DNA of 64,000 bases from a candidate division FCPU426 bacterium. GTDB taxonomy: Bacteria > Oederibacteriota > Muellerivitia > Muellerivitales > Muellerivitaceae. Below the pieces are notes generated by a model that saw only the letters and a program-made list of their open reading frames with translations, did not search any database and had not been told where the DNA came from. The stretch lies in the NCBI GenBank assembly GCA_963771075.1, contig CAVYSE010000009.1, positions 64,001 through 128,000 on the forward strand, written 5' to 3'. This document shows positions 31,569 through 44,140 of the stretch, one piece after another. The stretch's first letter is position 1. Each line of letters opens with the position of its first letter. The position numbers and the translations under genes are program-made.

Positions 31569-32576
31569 TTATTCGGTCTTCCCGCGTTTTTGAGCCCGAA
31601 GAATATGTTTCGCGATTTGAATGTTTTTATCGTGTTCTTGTAGGGTCGTGGCGAAAAGATCCGACCCATCACCCTTCGAAACGTAATAAAGATAGGGCAC
31701 TTGAGCGGGTTGGGCCACGGCTTGCAAGGATGCAAAACCCGGATTACAGATGGGCGTGGGCGGCAAACCCCTGTGCTGGTAAGTGTTATAAGGCGTTTTG
31801 ATATCTAACTGCTCGTGGGTAAACCAAGGGTTCTTGCTGTTGATGACATAGTTGAGGGTAGCGTTGACCTCAAGTCGCATCTTTTGCCTGAGACGGTTAT
31901 ACATGATCCCCGCGATAACGGGCCTTTCGGAATCGAGCTTGGCTTCTTTCTCGACGATCGAAGCCAGAATCACCCCTTGGTAAAGGGTCAACCCTTGCTT
32001 CTTCAACTGGTTTTCGAAATCATCCCCCATTTCTTGTTGGAATTGATGAACCAATAGGCCGATGAGATCGGAAATACTCGCCCCAACAGGAATCTGATAG
32101 CTTTCGGGATATAGAAATCCTTCCAAGCTCGAGCCGGTAATACCAAAGCTCTTTAAAAGTTCTTTATCATTGGCTTCCTTGAGAAAATCTGCCGCTGTAC
32201 AAACCTTCAAATTTTCTAATTCCACCCCGATCTGCTCGGCAGTATAGCCTTCCGGGACCTTGAGGACTAAAAGCTCACTCTTACCCGCGGTTAAGACATC
32301 CAAAACTTCCCAAAAGCTCATGCGAGGGTTGAGGCGGTACAGCCCAGCCTTTAATTTGCGGTCGGCATGGGTGAACTTGGCTGCCAAACGGAAGGGGGTG
32401 GAAAAGGTAAGGATTCCCTTTCCTTTCAACAATTCTCCGATGCTTCTGGCGGTGGATTTGGAATAAATGGCAATATCCACATCCGAACCCAAGCGGTAGA
32501 AGGGAGGGATAAAGAAGATCAAACCAGCGAGCGCCAGCATCCCGAACGCGATTCCGTACCATTTGAGGATTTTCAT
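31569..32576 (-). CDS. mltG: Endolytic transglycosylase MltG
   Basis: LKAGLY, VPEG, LEGFLYPESY, LASIVEKE and PYNTY..GLPPTPICNPG motifs. Confidence 0.96.
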   Translation of the reverse strand: MKILKWYGIAFGMLALAGLIFFIPPFYRLGSDVDIAIYSKSTARSIGELLKGKGILTFSTPFRLAAKFTHADRKLKAGLYRLNPRMSFWEVLDVLTAGKSELLVLKVPEGYTAEQIGVELENLKVCTAADFLKEANDKELLKSFGITGSSLEGFLYPESYQIPVGASISDLIGLLVHQFQQEMGDDFENQLKKQGLTLYQGVILASIVEKEAKLDSERPVIAGIMYNRLRQKMRLEVNATLNYVINSKNPWFTHEQLDIKTPYNTYQHRGLPPTPICNPGFASLQAVAQPAQVPYLYYVSKGDGSDLFATTLQEHDKNIQIAKHILRAQKRGKTE

Positions 32577-33003
32577 TGCTCCTCCAAAGGGATTAAAGGC
32601 GCACCCGCGAGGGCGGATTGAAGCAATAGGGCCGCCGCGACCTTGTCGATCTTTCCTTTACGATTCTCCCGGCGCACATCTCCCTCAATCATAGCCCGCT
32701 CGGCTTGCTTGCTGGTCAGCCTTTCATCCAGGAAAAAAACAGGCAGATTCAGCCAGCCGGCCAGTTTGGCCGTGAATTCCCTGACCTTTTGGGTTGTCTT
32801 GCTATCCGTGCCATCCATGTTGAGGGGCAAACCCACGATGACTTGGGTGACCTCATACTGGTTCACCAGAGCGCCGATGGCGGCGATGTCTTTTTGGGTT
32901 CCGGCGGATTTAAGGACGGTGAGGGGCTGGGCGGTAAGGCCTAAGGGGTCGGAAAGTGCGACGCCGATACGGACATGGCCCAGATCCAGAGCCAGCCATC
33001 GCT

Positions 33004-33007
<4 letters not shown>
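32573..33007 (-). CDS. ruvX: Holliday junction resolvase-like/pre-16S maturation nuclease YqgF
   Basis: LALDLG..RIGVALSD, VGLPLNMDG, DERLTS and IDKVAA motifs. Conserved alaS-ruvX-mltG order. Confidence 0.95.
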
Positions 33008-35790
<2,783 letters not shown>

Positions 35791-35793
35791 TCC

Positions 35794-36312
35794 TTAGTTT
35801 TCCCCATCCTCAGGAAGTTCGGGATTATAGCTGAAAACCTTTTGAACGGCGAGGCGGGATGAGCTGTAGGAAAAACCCCTTCTCAAAAGAAAAGACAGGG
35901 CTTTTTCCGGCCCCTTGGGAGTTGGTTTGGCTTCAGTGCCTATAAAACGTCTTTTTTTGCCACGAAGAAGATCGAGGGCGGATTTCGCTTCCTCCGCCCC
36001 GCCGAACTCCTCGGCCAGGGCCCTTTCGCCGATTTGGCCCGCCAGGCCCCGCTTGTGAAACGCCGCCCGGATCCGCGTCGGCCCCCATCCCATACGCCTT
36101 CGGGAAGCCACAAAAGCATCGGCTGAGCGTTGGTCATTGATAAAACCCTTGGCGGCGAGAAATTCCAGGACTTTGGACTGGATGTCGGCCGGCACCGCCC
36201 GCGTTTTAAATTTCTCACTTAGTTCATGGGAAGTCCGGTCCCTTCGGCTTAAAAGCCCAAGGGCGTAATGGCGCGCTTCCTCATAAGTAAAAAGGGGAGC
36301 AGGTTTTTTCAA
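35794..36312 (-). CDS. recX: Regulatory protein RecX
   Basis: ALGLLSRRDRTSHEL, GFINDQR.A, GPTRIR and FLLRRGFS motifs. Upstream of alaS. Confidence 0.9.
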   Translation of the reverse strand: MKKPAPLFTYEEARHYALGLLSRRDRTSHELSEKFKTRAVPADIQSKVLEFLAAKGFINDQRSADAFVASRRRMGWGPTRIRAAFHKRGLAGQIGERALAEEFGGAEEAKSALDLLRGKKRRFIGTEAKPTPKGPEKALSFLLRRGFSYSSSRLAVQKVFSYNPELPEDGEN

Positions 36313-36321
36313 AAAGCAGTT

Positions 36322-36636
36322 CTATTGGGGCGAAACATTTCCGGTAGCTGGGTCATATTGGACACCACCCGGAATATGGTCGATAAAATCAGGCACCAAA
36401 TCCTGAAGCGAGGCGGGAAGGGTTCCTTTCTGGCTCTTATAGTTGGTTATGGCGGCCCGTACGGTATCGACATTGGCGTGGCCCATGACTTGCCTGGCCT
36501 TATCCTCGTCATTTTTCAGGCTTTGGGTATAACCCGGCAGGGTGGCATCCTGGGGCGCGGTTTCGATAGTTTGCCACATGTAATAGCCGATGCCTCCTAT
36601 GACGACCACGACCACCACGAACAGAACCTTACCCAT
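36322..36636 (-). CDS. Small membrane-anchored hypothetical protein with a pilin/GspG-like head
   Basis: N-terminal TM segment, VRAAITNYKSQKGTLPASLQDLVP..I..IP and YDPATGNV. Confidence 0.7.
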   Translation of the reverse strand: MGKVLFVVVVVVIGGIGYYMWQTIETAPQDATLPGYTQSLKNDEDKARQVMGHANVDTVRAAITNYKSQKGTLPASLQDLVPDFIDHIPGGVQYDPATGNVSPQ

Positions 36637-37387
36637 TTTTTCCTCCCTTGCGGCCGCGAACCGGAGCGGCTTTTCTCAAGATGGCGTCCATTTCCCGGAC
36701 CGCCAGCATCAATCCTACCATGGAAGCGCGGGCGATGATGTTGTGACCAATGTTTAAATCCTCGATTTCCGACAAGGCGGCGATGGGAGCCACGTTGGCA
36801 TAGGTTAATCCGTGCCCTGCGTGGACCTGAAGCCCCAGGGACTGGGCATATCGGGCCCCCGCGGCCAGTTTTACGAACTCCGTTTGTTCGTTCTTTCCCT
36901 GACGGCAGGCTTGGCTATAAGCTCCAGTATGAAGCTCCACATAAAGCACCCCTAGGCGCGAGGCGAGATCGAGGGTGTTCTTGTCCGGCAGGATAAAAAG
37001 GGAAACGGGAATGCCCTTGGACTGAAGCAGGTCCACGGCCTTTTGGAATCGGCCCATATGGCGGGCCAGGTCGAGCCCTCCCTCGGTGGTCAGTTCCTGC
37101 CGGCGCTCGGGAACCAGGGTGGCTTGGTCGGGTTTGACCCGAAGGGCGAAGTCCACCATCTCCGGGGTGGCGGCCATTTCAAGATTTAACTTGGTATGTA
37201 GGACTTTTCTCAAGGCAACCACATCCGCGTCCTGAATATGGCGTCGGTCCTCCCGCAGGTGGACGGTAATGCCTATGGCTCCGCCTTTTTCGGCCAGGCG
37301 GGCCGCCTGGATCGGGTCCGGCTCATCCTCCCGGCGGGCCTGCCGGAGAGTTGCAATATGGTCGATGTTCACACAAAGGTTCGCCAT
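36629..37387 (-). CDS. pdxJ: Pyridoxine 5'-phosphate synthase
   Basis: VNIDHIATLRQAR, HLREDRRHI, LNLEMA, TTEGGL, ELHTG, AGHGL and NIGH motifs. Confidence 0.98.
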   Translation of the reverse strand: MANLCVNIDHIATLRQARREDEPDPIQAARLAEKGGAIGITVHLREDRRHIQDADVVALRKVLHTKLNLEMAATPEMVDFALRVKPDQATLVPERRQELTTEGGLDLARHMGRFQKAVDLLQSKGIPVSLFILPDKNTLDLASRLGVLYVELHTGAYSQACRQGKNEQTEFVKLAAGARYAQSLGLQVHAGHGLTYANVAPIAALSEIEDLNIGHNIIARASMVGLMLAVREMDAILRKAAPVRGRKGGKNG

Positions 37388-37395
37388 GGGACTCC

Positions 37396-37782
37396 TTATC
37401 TCCTACGGCTTGGGGGCTTCGCGGGGATCAGGGGAATCTTTAAGGGTTGGACATTGGCGGCCACGTCCCTCGGCAGGGGCTTCACCTGGGGATGGACCAG
37501 GACTTCCGATTCATCCGGAGTGGTCCCCTTGAGGCTGACCACCGCCGTCAAGTCGTCCCCATCCAGATCCAAAACACTTTCCTTGCGGCCTGTCAAAACC
37601 ACCGGGACGGAGGTGCGTACGCGCGGGTCCACGGTCACGCCCGGGGGTATATCGGTAAGTTCCACCGACACGGTCACCCGGCGATCGATAATCTGCCGGG
37701 TCCCCACGTAGGCCCAAAGGGCGATGGCGATGAAAAGGGCCAGTATCTTGAGGCCCAAGTTCTCAAACAGCCAGCGGTTCAT
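37396..37782 (-). CDS. cdaR: Short CdaR/YbbR-like regulator of diadenylate cyclase
   Basis: N...KILALFIAIALWAYV N-terminus typical of YbbR proteins, single YbbR-like domain, directly after cdaA. Confidence 0.8.
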   Translation of the reverse strand: MNRWLFENLGLKILALFIAIALWAYVGTRQIIDRRVTVSVELTDIPPGVTVDPRVRTSVPVVLTGRKESVLDLDGDDLTAVVSLKGTTPDESEVLVHPQVKPLPRDVAANVQPLKIPLIPAKPPSRRR

Positions 37783-37795
37783 AAAACCTCACTTC

Positions 37796-37897
37796 ATAAG
37801 TTTGAGTGATAAGTTTCTAAGTTGGGGTCGGTTATTTTACCCTCGTTCAATTAACCTTCCGAAACTTAAAACCCAAAACTCGAAACTTAGAACTTTA
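37796..37897. repeat. 7-mer-periodic inverted-repeat element between cdaA and cdaR
   Basis: ATAAGTT TGAGTGA TAAGTTT CTAAGTT ... AAACTTA AAACCCA AAACTCG AAACTTA GAACTTT. Confidence 0.7.
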
Positions 37898-37904
37898 AAT
37901 TACC

Positions 37905-38672
37905 TTAATCAACTTTCGTTCCGTAAAGGGTTAACATCTCTTCCAGCGTTTCCGCGTCGATTTCCGGAGTGATCTTTCCCGCCATGGTGAAGGAGATATG
38001 GTGTTTTTCCTCGGAAACCACGATGGCCAGTGCGTCGGTTTCCTCGCTGATCCCAACGGCAGCCCGGTGCCGGGTGCCATAGGATTTGCTCAGGTGTGGG
38101 TTCTGGCTCAAGGGCAGGATACATCCCGCCGCCGCGATCTTTCCGCCCCGGATGATTACTGCCCCGTCATGCAGGGGAGAAGGGGGGGTGAAGAGGGTGA
38201 CGAGAAGCTCGCTGGTGACATCCGCCTCAATCTTGGTGCCGCTCTCAAAAACGCTTTGGAGGCTGTCATCCCGCTCGATGACCAGAAGCGCGCCATGCTT
38301 CGCCTTGACCAGTTCCCGCACGGCCGTGGTGATCTCTTTAAACATCAAAGCGTCGCCCTGGAAAACCCCGCCCCAGAACCCCCCTCCCCGTCCGATCTGG
38401 GTGATGATACGGCGCAGATCCGGTTGAAAAACCACCACGAAGGCGATGATGAAAAAAGGGCCCAAGTTACTCAGAAGCCAATCCAGTGTGAGAAGGTGAA
38501 TTTGGCTGGCGGCGACCGTGATCACGAAAAGAATGGTAAAACCCAGGACAATCCGGGTGGCTCGCACCTCCCGGATTAACAAGAGTAATTGATACATCAA
38601 ATAGGCGACCACCAATATGTCCAGGAGGTCAAGCCAACGTATATTGGCCAGCAAAGCGGACAAATTGTTCAT
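37905..38672 (-). CDS. cdaA: Membrane diadenylate cyclase CdaA/DacA
   Basis: Three TM segments, VFQPDLRR, GALLVIER, PLHDGAVII, GTRHRAAVG and VVSEE motifs. Confidence 0.96.
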   Translation of the reverse strand: MNNLSALLANIRWLDLLDILVVAYLMYQLLLLIREVRATRIVLGFTILFVITVAASQIHLLTLDWLLSNLGPFFIIAFVVVFQPDLRRIITQIGRGGGFWGGVFQGDALMFKEITTAVRELVKAKHGALLVIERDDSLQSVFESGTKIEADVTSELLVTLFTPPSPLHDGAVIIRGGKIAAAGCILPLSQNPHLSKSYGTRHRAAVGISEETDALAIVVSEEKHHISFTMAGKITPEIDAETLEEMLTLYGTKVD

Positions 38673-39646
38673 GGCCTGTTCAAACCCCGGTCGTTACGGA
38701 TGGCATCGGCTATTTTTACCACACGGACCATGCTTTGAACATCATGAACCCTCACAAAATCAGCCCCCGCGAGGACACCCGCCGTAACGGCGGCGGCCGT
38801 GGCCTCAAGGCGCTCTGCCGGAGGCAGGCCACCAGTGAGCTGACCAAGAGTGGATTTGCGGGAGGGAGCATATAGCAGGGGCAGGCCCAGAGCCTTGAAT
38901 TCCCAAAGCCGGCGGGTAAGCTCGATATTGTGCCAGGGGGTCTTGCCGAACCCGAAACCCGGGTCGAGTATGAGCTTTTCCCGGGAAATCCCCTTGGATT
39001 CGGCGAAGGCCGTCCTTTCCCTGAAAAAGGCCAGGAGCTCTCCAATGAGATCGCCGTACCTGGGATTTTTTTGCATGGTCCTGGGCTTGCCTTTCATGTG
39101 CATGAGAACGACCCGGACCCCCAGCCTGCTTACGATGGTGGCCATTTGGGGATCGGCCCGCAGGGCTGAAATGTCATTCACCAGGCCGGCTCCCTCCCTC
39201 ACCCCCCTCAAGGCCACCTGAGCCTTGGTGGTATCGATCGATAAGGGCAACTTAATTTTCTTGGCTAAAAGTCGGATAACGGGAAGGACCCTTTTGATCT
39301 CCTCCGCGAGGCTAACTCCTTTGGAGCCAGGCCGGGTCGATTCGCCCCCCACGTCGATCATGTCCGCTCCCTCGGATTGCATTTGAAGGGCCCGGTCCAA
39401 GGCCGCCTGGGGATCCTGGGACTTTCCCGCATCTGAAAACGAGTCGGGGGTCACGTTGAGGATGCCCACCACCCGGGTGCGTTTCGGGATCCGGGCGAAA
39501 CCCTTGAGGCCTATACGGATTTGTTCGGCAAGTTGGGGGTGGGTGGTGGAGAGACTCCGGGCAATCTTTAAATTTTTTCCAGAGGTGGCGGACCAATGAA
39601 TTGGAGGGGTGGCGTCTTTGAAGAATAAACCGCATTTGATCACCAA
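38669..39646 (-). CDS. folP: Dihydropteroate synthase (start uncertain, short N-terminal extension)
   Basis: GILNVTPDSFSD, DVGGESTRPG, SIDT, LDPGFGFGK, SRKS and RVHDV motifs. Confidence 0.96.
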   Translation of the reverse strand: MVIKCGLFFKDATPPIHWSATSGKNLKIARSLSTTHPQLAEQIRIGLKGFARIPKRTRVVGILNVTPDSFSDAGKSQDPQAALDRALQMQSEGADMIDVGGESTRPGSKGVSLAEEIKRVLPVIRLLAKKIKLPLSIDTTKAQVALRGVREGAGLVNDISALRADPQMATIVSRLGVRVVLMHMKGKPRTMQKNPRYGDLIGELLAFFRERTAFAESKGISREKLILDPGFGFGKTPWHNIELTRRLWEFKALGLPLLYAPSRKSTLGQLTGGLPPAERLEATAAAVTAGVLAGADFVRVHDVQSMVRVVKIADAIRNDRGLNRP

Positions 39647-39727
39647 ATCGGGGGGAGAGAACCACCTAAAGGAGGGGCGGGTTGAAGGATGCGGAAGGAA
39701 AAGCCGGTTTCAGACCCCATCCTTCGC

Positions 39728-40285
39728 TTATTTCCCGATCAACTGGAGGGCTTCCATGCGGGTGGCCACGTTCTTTTCAAATACGCCCCGGACTGCCGAG
39801 GTGGTCATCATAGCTCCGGGCTTTTTGACACCTCGCATGGTCATGCAAAGATGTTGGGCTTCCACGATCACCAGGGCGCCATGGGGTTTCAATGACTTCA
39901 TGAGGGTATCGGCGACCTGGGTGGTAATGCGTTCCTGGAGTTGGGGCCGGCGGGAAACGGTCTCCACGATGCGGGCCAGCTTGGAAAGCCCGCAAAGACG
40001 GTCCTTGCGGGGAGCGTAGGCCACATGGGCCTTGCCGTAAAAAGGAAGCAAGTGATGCTCGCACATGGAATAAAAGGGGATGTCCCTGAGGATGACCATC
40101 TCCTCATGGCCCTCGGTCTCAAAGATGGTGACCAGTTCTTGGGGATCGACCTCCAGGCCTGAAAAGACCTCCTCGTACATCTTGGCAACGCGTTTGGGAG
40201 TATCCCGCAAGCCTTCCCGGTCGGGGTTCTCACCCAAACCGATTAAGAGTTCCCGGATGGCCTTCTCGATGCGGGGCTTATCCAA
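39728..40285 (-). CDS. folE: GTP cyclohydrolase I
   Basis: [36 protein letters not shown] and HLCMTMRG motifs. Confidence 0.98.
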   Translation of the reverse strand: MDKPRIEKAIRELLIGLGENPDREGLRDTPKRVAKMYEEVFSGLEVDPQELVTIFETEGHEEMVILRDIPFYSMCEHHLLPFYGKAHVAYAPRKDRLCGLSKLARIVETVSRRPQLQERITTQVADTLMKSLKPHGALVIVEAQHLCMTMRGVKKPGAMMTTSAVRGVFEKNVATRMEALQLIGK

Positions 40286-42222
40286 TGATGCGCCCTTCCA
40301 TGGCCTGGGAGGGGGCGGGCTGGGGGGTCAAGGTCGTACCCGCCGGTGCGGGGCTAGCGCCTGGAGGTGGTTCGGGAGCGGGCGGAGGCGTGGGGGCCTT
40401 GGGGGCCAGGGGCTTCATTTTTTTCCCGGCCAGGATCAAATCGACCTCGCTGGCGTCGAGCACTTCCCTTTCCAGCAGGGCCTCGGCCATGATCTTCAAA
40501 TATTTTCGGTTCTTCTTCAGGATGACCATGGCCTGCCGGTGGCAGGATTCCACGATTGCTTTGACCTCGTCATCGATGGACTGGGCGGTTCTCTCGGAAT
40601 AATTTTTTTCCTTCATCAGGTCCCTGCCGATAAAGACCATGTCGTCCTTGCTGCCCAGGGTGACCGATCCCAACTTCTCGCTCATGCCGTACTCGCAGAT
40701 CATGGCATGGGCGATCTGGGTAGCCCGGCTCAAGTCGTTTCCCGCGCCCGTTGTGACATCCCCAAAAACCAATTCCTCCGCCGTGCGCCCGCCCAATAGA
40801 GCCGTAATGCTATTCAACAGCTCGGTTTTGGAATTCAGAAACTTTTCCTCATTTGGCAGGTACCAAGTGGCCCCCAGGGCCGCGTGGCCCCGCGGAATGA
40901 TGGAAACCTTATGAACGGAATGGGACTTGTCGATCATCTTTCCCACGATGGTGTGGCCCGATTCGTGGTAGGCCACGATCTTCTTTTCGGCGTCGGTAAT
41001 GACGCGGGTACGCCTTTCGGGACCGGCCATGACCCGGTCGATGGCCTCCTCAAGTTCGGATAATTCCACGGCCTTTTTGTTCCGCCGGGCAGCGAGCAGG
41101 GCGGCCTCATTGATCAAGTTGGCGAGATCCGCGCCGGAGAAACCGGGCGTGCGCTTGGCGATGACGGATAAATCCACTCCCTCGGCCAGTTTCACGACAT
41201 TGGAATGCACCTTGAGGATCGCTTCCCGGCCACCGAGGTCGGGTCGGTCCACCACGATCTGGCGGTCAAACCGGCCGGGCCTTAATAAGGCAGGGTCCAG
41301 AACATCCATGCGGTTGGTGGCGGCAATGAGAATGACTCCGTTGTTGGTGTTGAACCCGTCCATTTCCACCAGCATGGCATTCAGGGTTTGTTCCCGTCTC
41401 GTCATGGCCCCCGCCGAGCCCCGCGCCCCTTTGGCGGCCTACCGCGTCGATTTCATCGATAAAGATGATGCAGGGAGCGTTCTTCTTGCCCTGCTCAAAA
41501 AGATCCCGTACCCGGGCGGCGCCGACCCCGACGAACATCTCCACGAAGTCCGATCCGGAAATAGAAAAGAAGGGAACTCCCGCCTCGCCCGCAACCGCCT
41601 TGGCCAAAAGGGTCTTTCCCGTTCCCGGGGGGCCCAAAAGAATGACGCCCTTGGGGATTTTCCCGCCAAGCTGTTGGTATTTCTTGGGGTCTTTGAGGAA
41701 GTCCACCACTTCCATCAATTCGGTCTTGGCCTCGTCTACCCCGGCCACGTCGGAAAAGGTGATCTTTTGGGAACCACTGGTCATGAGCCGGGCACGGCTC
41801 TTTCCAAAGGCCAAGGCACCCCCGCCGCCTCCCTGGGCCTGTCGCATGGTGAAAAAGAAGAACCCGAGCAAAAGAAAAATGGGGCCGAATTGGAGGAAGA
41901 TGGCCGTCCAAACCCCTTGCTTTTGGGGAGGTTGGGCGGTCACGGCCACATTTTGTTTCAAGAGAAGCTGGGTCAATTCAGGGTCATGGTCGTCCGGTTG
42001 GACCACGGTGAAATCTTCCCCGGTTTTGGTGGTTCCCAGGATCATGCGGTCCTCGGGATGGATATCGGCCTTTTGCACGTTCCCAGCCTGCACTTGGGCG
42101 ACGAATTTGGAATAATCCCAGGGGTCCGTTTTTTTGGGGTGGCTCTGGGATTGCTGGATGAAATACATGAAGACCACGAAAATGATCAGGAAAAGGGCGA
42201 TGGTTTTATAATTCTGGCTCAA
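40278..42222 (-). CDS. ftsH: ATP-dependent zinc metalloprotease FtsH, frameshifted near 41398
   Basis: [29 protein letters not shown] | [16 protein letters not shown] and AYHESGH motifs. Confidence 0.96.
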
Positions 42223-42302
42223 GGAAAACTCCTATCGTCGTTGAGGTGAGATCCCGCGTCTCGATAACCCTAGGAAGGTCAGGTGGGAGAAGCAAGGGCC
42301 GT

Positions 42303-42332
42303 ATCATATCCGAGGGGCTTTTCCCTTTGCAA
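42303..42332 (-). promoter_or_regulatory. Probable sigma70 promoter of ftsH
   Basis: TTGCAA-18 nt-TATGAT. Confidence 0.5.
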
Positions 42333-42380
42333 GAAGGCGGAAAACCAAGGAATTCGCGAAAAAGAAGTGCTTGGCAAAAG

Positions 42381-43370
42381 TCACTTTAACTTGGTTTTCT
42401 TGAGATAGACTTCCTGGCCCGAATGCCCTGCGATGAGTCCGAATCCCAAATCCCGGGGACCTTTTCGATCAAGGGACCAGACCCACCGGGCCTCCTCCAG
42501 CCTTTCAAAAGAAAGACCCCGGGCTTGGGGATCCAACCGTTCCAATTCCAGGCGAATCAATCTCCTTTGAATGGGAAGGGCGAGTAATTGGAATTTTCGA
42601 CGAGAAAGGAAATATTGATTGCGGGTTCTTTTTCCTCCCAGCCGAATGCATAAATCCTCCACCCATTTTCCCATCCAGGCATCCTCGCTGGAAAGGATTT
42701 CCCCCGTTTGGGCCAATTTGCTGTTTAAGTTCTTGTTCCATCGGGAGAGAAAGGGGAGAACCTCATGCCGGATCTGGTTCCGGCGGTAAAGGGTTTTGGC
42801 GTTGGAAGTATCCTCCCGCCAAGGGATGTTCCGCTTGTGCAAATACTTCCTCAAATCGTCTTTCGAGAAATGAAGGAGGGGACGCCAGATCCTCAAGGGA
42901 GTCGCGGGGTGTAACGTCAACTCCTGGACGGGGCGCAAACCCGAAAGGCCCCTGGGGCCGGCGCCCCGCAACAAGCGATCCAAAATGGTCTCCGCCTGGT
43001 CCTCCAAATGGTGTGCGACCGCGACTCCCCAAGCTTTTTCCTTTTTGACCAAAGATGAGAAAAAACCATACCGAACATCCCGGGCCCATTCCTGCAAGGT
43101 ATAACCGGATCTCTTTCCGATCCTCGCCCGCAAAACACGGCAGGGCAAACCCCATTCCCTCGCGAGGTTTCTCACGTGCTCTTCATCCTTTTGTGAATCC
43201 TTACCTCTTAAACCATAGTTGACATGCGCCACCCATAATCTTTTGGGAAAGCGGGGAAGGTTTTCGGTCAGGAGGGAAAGCAAGGCAAGTGAATCCGAAC
43301 CTCCGGATACCCCCACTACAAGCCTAGCGGAAGAGGAAAAAGGTGCGGTTGGAAAGGTCGTTAAGTTCAT
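42381..43370 (-). CDS. tilS: tRNA(Ile)-lysidine synthetase
   Basis: VGVSGGSDS, HVNYGLR, AHHLEDQAET, RPLL, EDTSN and RNQIRH motifs. Conserved tilS-ftsH order. Confidence 0.96.
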   Translation of the reverse strand: MNLTTFPTAPFSSSARLVVGVSGGSDSLALLSLLTENLPRFPKRLWVAHVNYGLRGKDSQKDEEHVRNLAREWGLPCRVLRARIGKRSGYTLQEWARDVRYGFFSSLVKKEKAWGVAVAHHLEDQAETILDRLLRGAGPRGLSGLRPVQELTLHPATPLRIWRPLLHFSKDDLRKYLHKRNIPWREDTSNAKTLYRRNQIRHEVLPFLSRWNKNLNSKLAQTGEILSSEDAWMGKWVEDLCIRLGGKRTRNQYFLSRRKFQLLALPIQRRLIRLELERLDPQARGLSFERLEEARWVWSLDRKGPRDLGFGLIAGHSGQEVYLKKTKLK

Positions 43371-43393
43371 GGGGATCAGGGGAACACGTTAAA

Positions 43394-43470
43394 TGGTAGC
43401 GGGGGAGAGACTCGAACTCTCGACCTACGGATTATGAAACCGTTGCTCTAGCCAGCTGAGCTACCCCGCC
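43394..43470 (-). tRNA. tRNA with CAT anticodon, most likely elongator tRNA-Met
   Basis: GGCGGGG TA GCTC AGCTGGCTA GAGC A ACGGT TTCATAA TCCGT AGGTC GAGAG TTCGAGT CTCTC CCCCGCT A CCA cloverleaf. Confidence 0.93.
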
Positions 43471-43511
43471 ATCCGGTCGGTGATTTCCCGGAGTTCCGGG
43501 AAGGGCAAGTG

Positions 43512-43540
43512 AATATGCCAATCTTCTTTTGACTTGTCAA
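43512..43540 (-). promoter_or_regulatory. Sigma70 promoter of tRNA-Met/tilS
   Basis: TTGACA-17 nt-CATATT with TG extended -10. Confidence 0.65.
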
Positions 43541-43629
43541 GGACGCCCCTTTGGGATGTCCCATGGGGCGGGGGAAATCAATCCGCCCAAGTACAAGTTT
43601 GAAACCATCCGGCCATTTGTTTTTGGGGG

Positions 43630-44067
43630 TTAACGATTCTTTTCTTTGCGTTCGTGATAAGCTTTTTTTAGCTCTTGGGCGATCACCGGATTCTTCATCA
43701 ATATCTTGTCGAAATCGTATTTTTGGAGGATGAAAAGCTCGGTCACTTCCTCCGCAATGATGGTAGCGCTTCGGGGTTCGTTGGAGATCAGCGCCATTTC
43801 CCCGAAAAATTCGTCGGTTTGAAGATCCGCAACCTTCAACTTTTTATTAAAGGTTTTCTTGATCCACACTGAAACCTTTCCCGAAGCAATGAGATAAAAA
43901 GCGTCGCCGGGATCGCCTTGTTTGATAATTTCATAACCTTTTTGAACCCGGATCATACGCAGGTGGCCGATCAACTCGTCCAACTCGTTCATTTTCAAGG
44001 ACTGGAAGAAATAGGTATTCTGGAGAACGTGGCGAAGGCGGCTGAAAATAGAGGCCGAGTCGGACAT
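43630..44067 (-). CDS. Stand-alone cyclic nucleotide-binding domain protein
   Basis: IIKQGDPGDAFYLIASGKV...FFGEMALI..EPRSATI; no DNA-binding domain. Confidence 0.9.
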   Translation of the reverse strand: MSDSASIFSRLRHVLQNTYFFQSLKMNELDELIGHLRMIRVQKGYEIIKQGDPGDAFYLIASGKVSVWIKKTFNKKLKVADLQTDEFFGEMALISNEPRSATIIAEEVTELFILQKYDFDKILMKNPVIAQELKKAYHERKEKNR

Positions 44068-44140
44068 GGAGTGCTCCCTCAAAAACGAGTGTGGATATAT
44101 TCAGTATATCAAAAAGGATTGGGCAGTTGGAGAAAAGGGA

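Noticed and set aside
40999..42249. Long plus-strand ORF (416 aa), also 19533..20555, 26248..27117 and 27640..28470
   Set aside because: Antisense shadows of ftsH, dusB, ctpA and envC caused by GC-rich codon usage; no motifs of their own.
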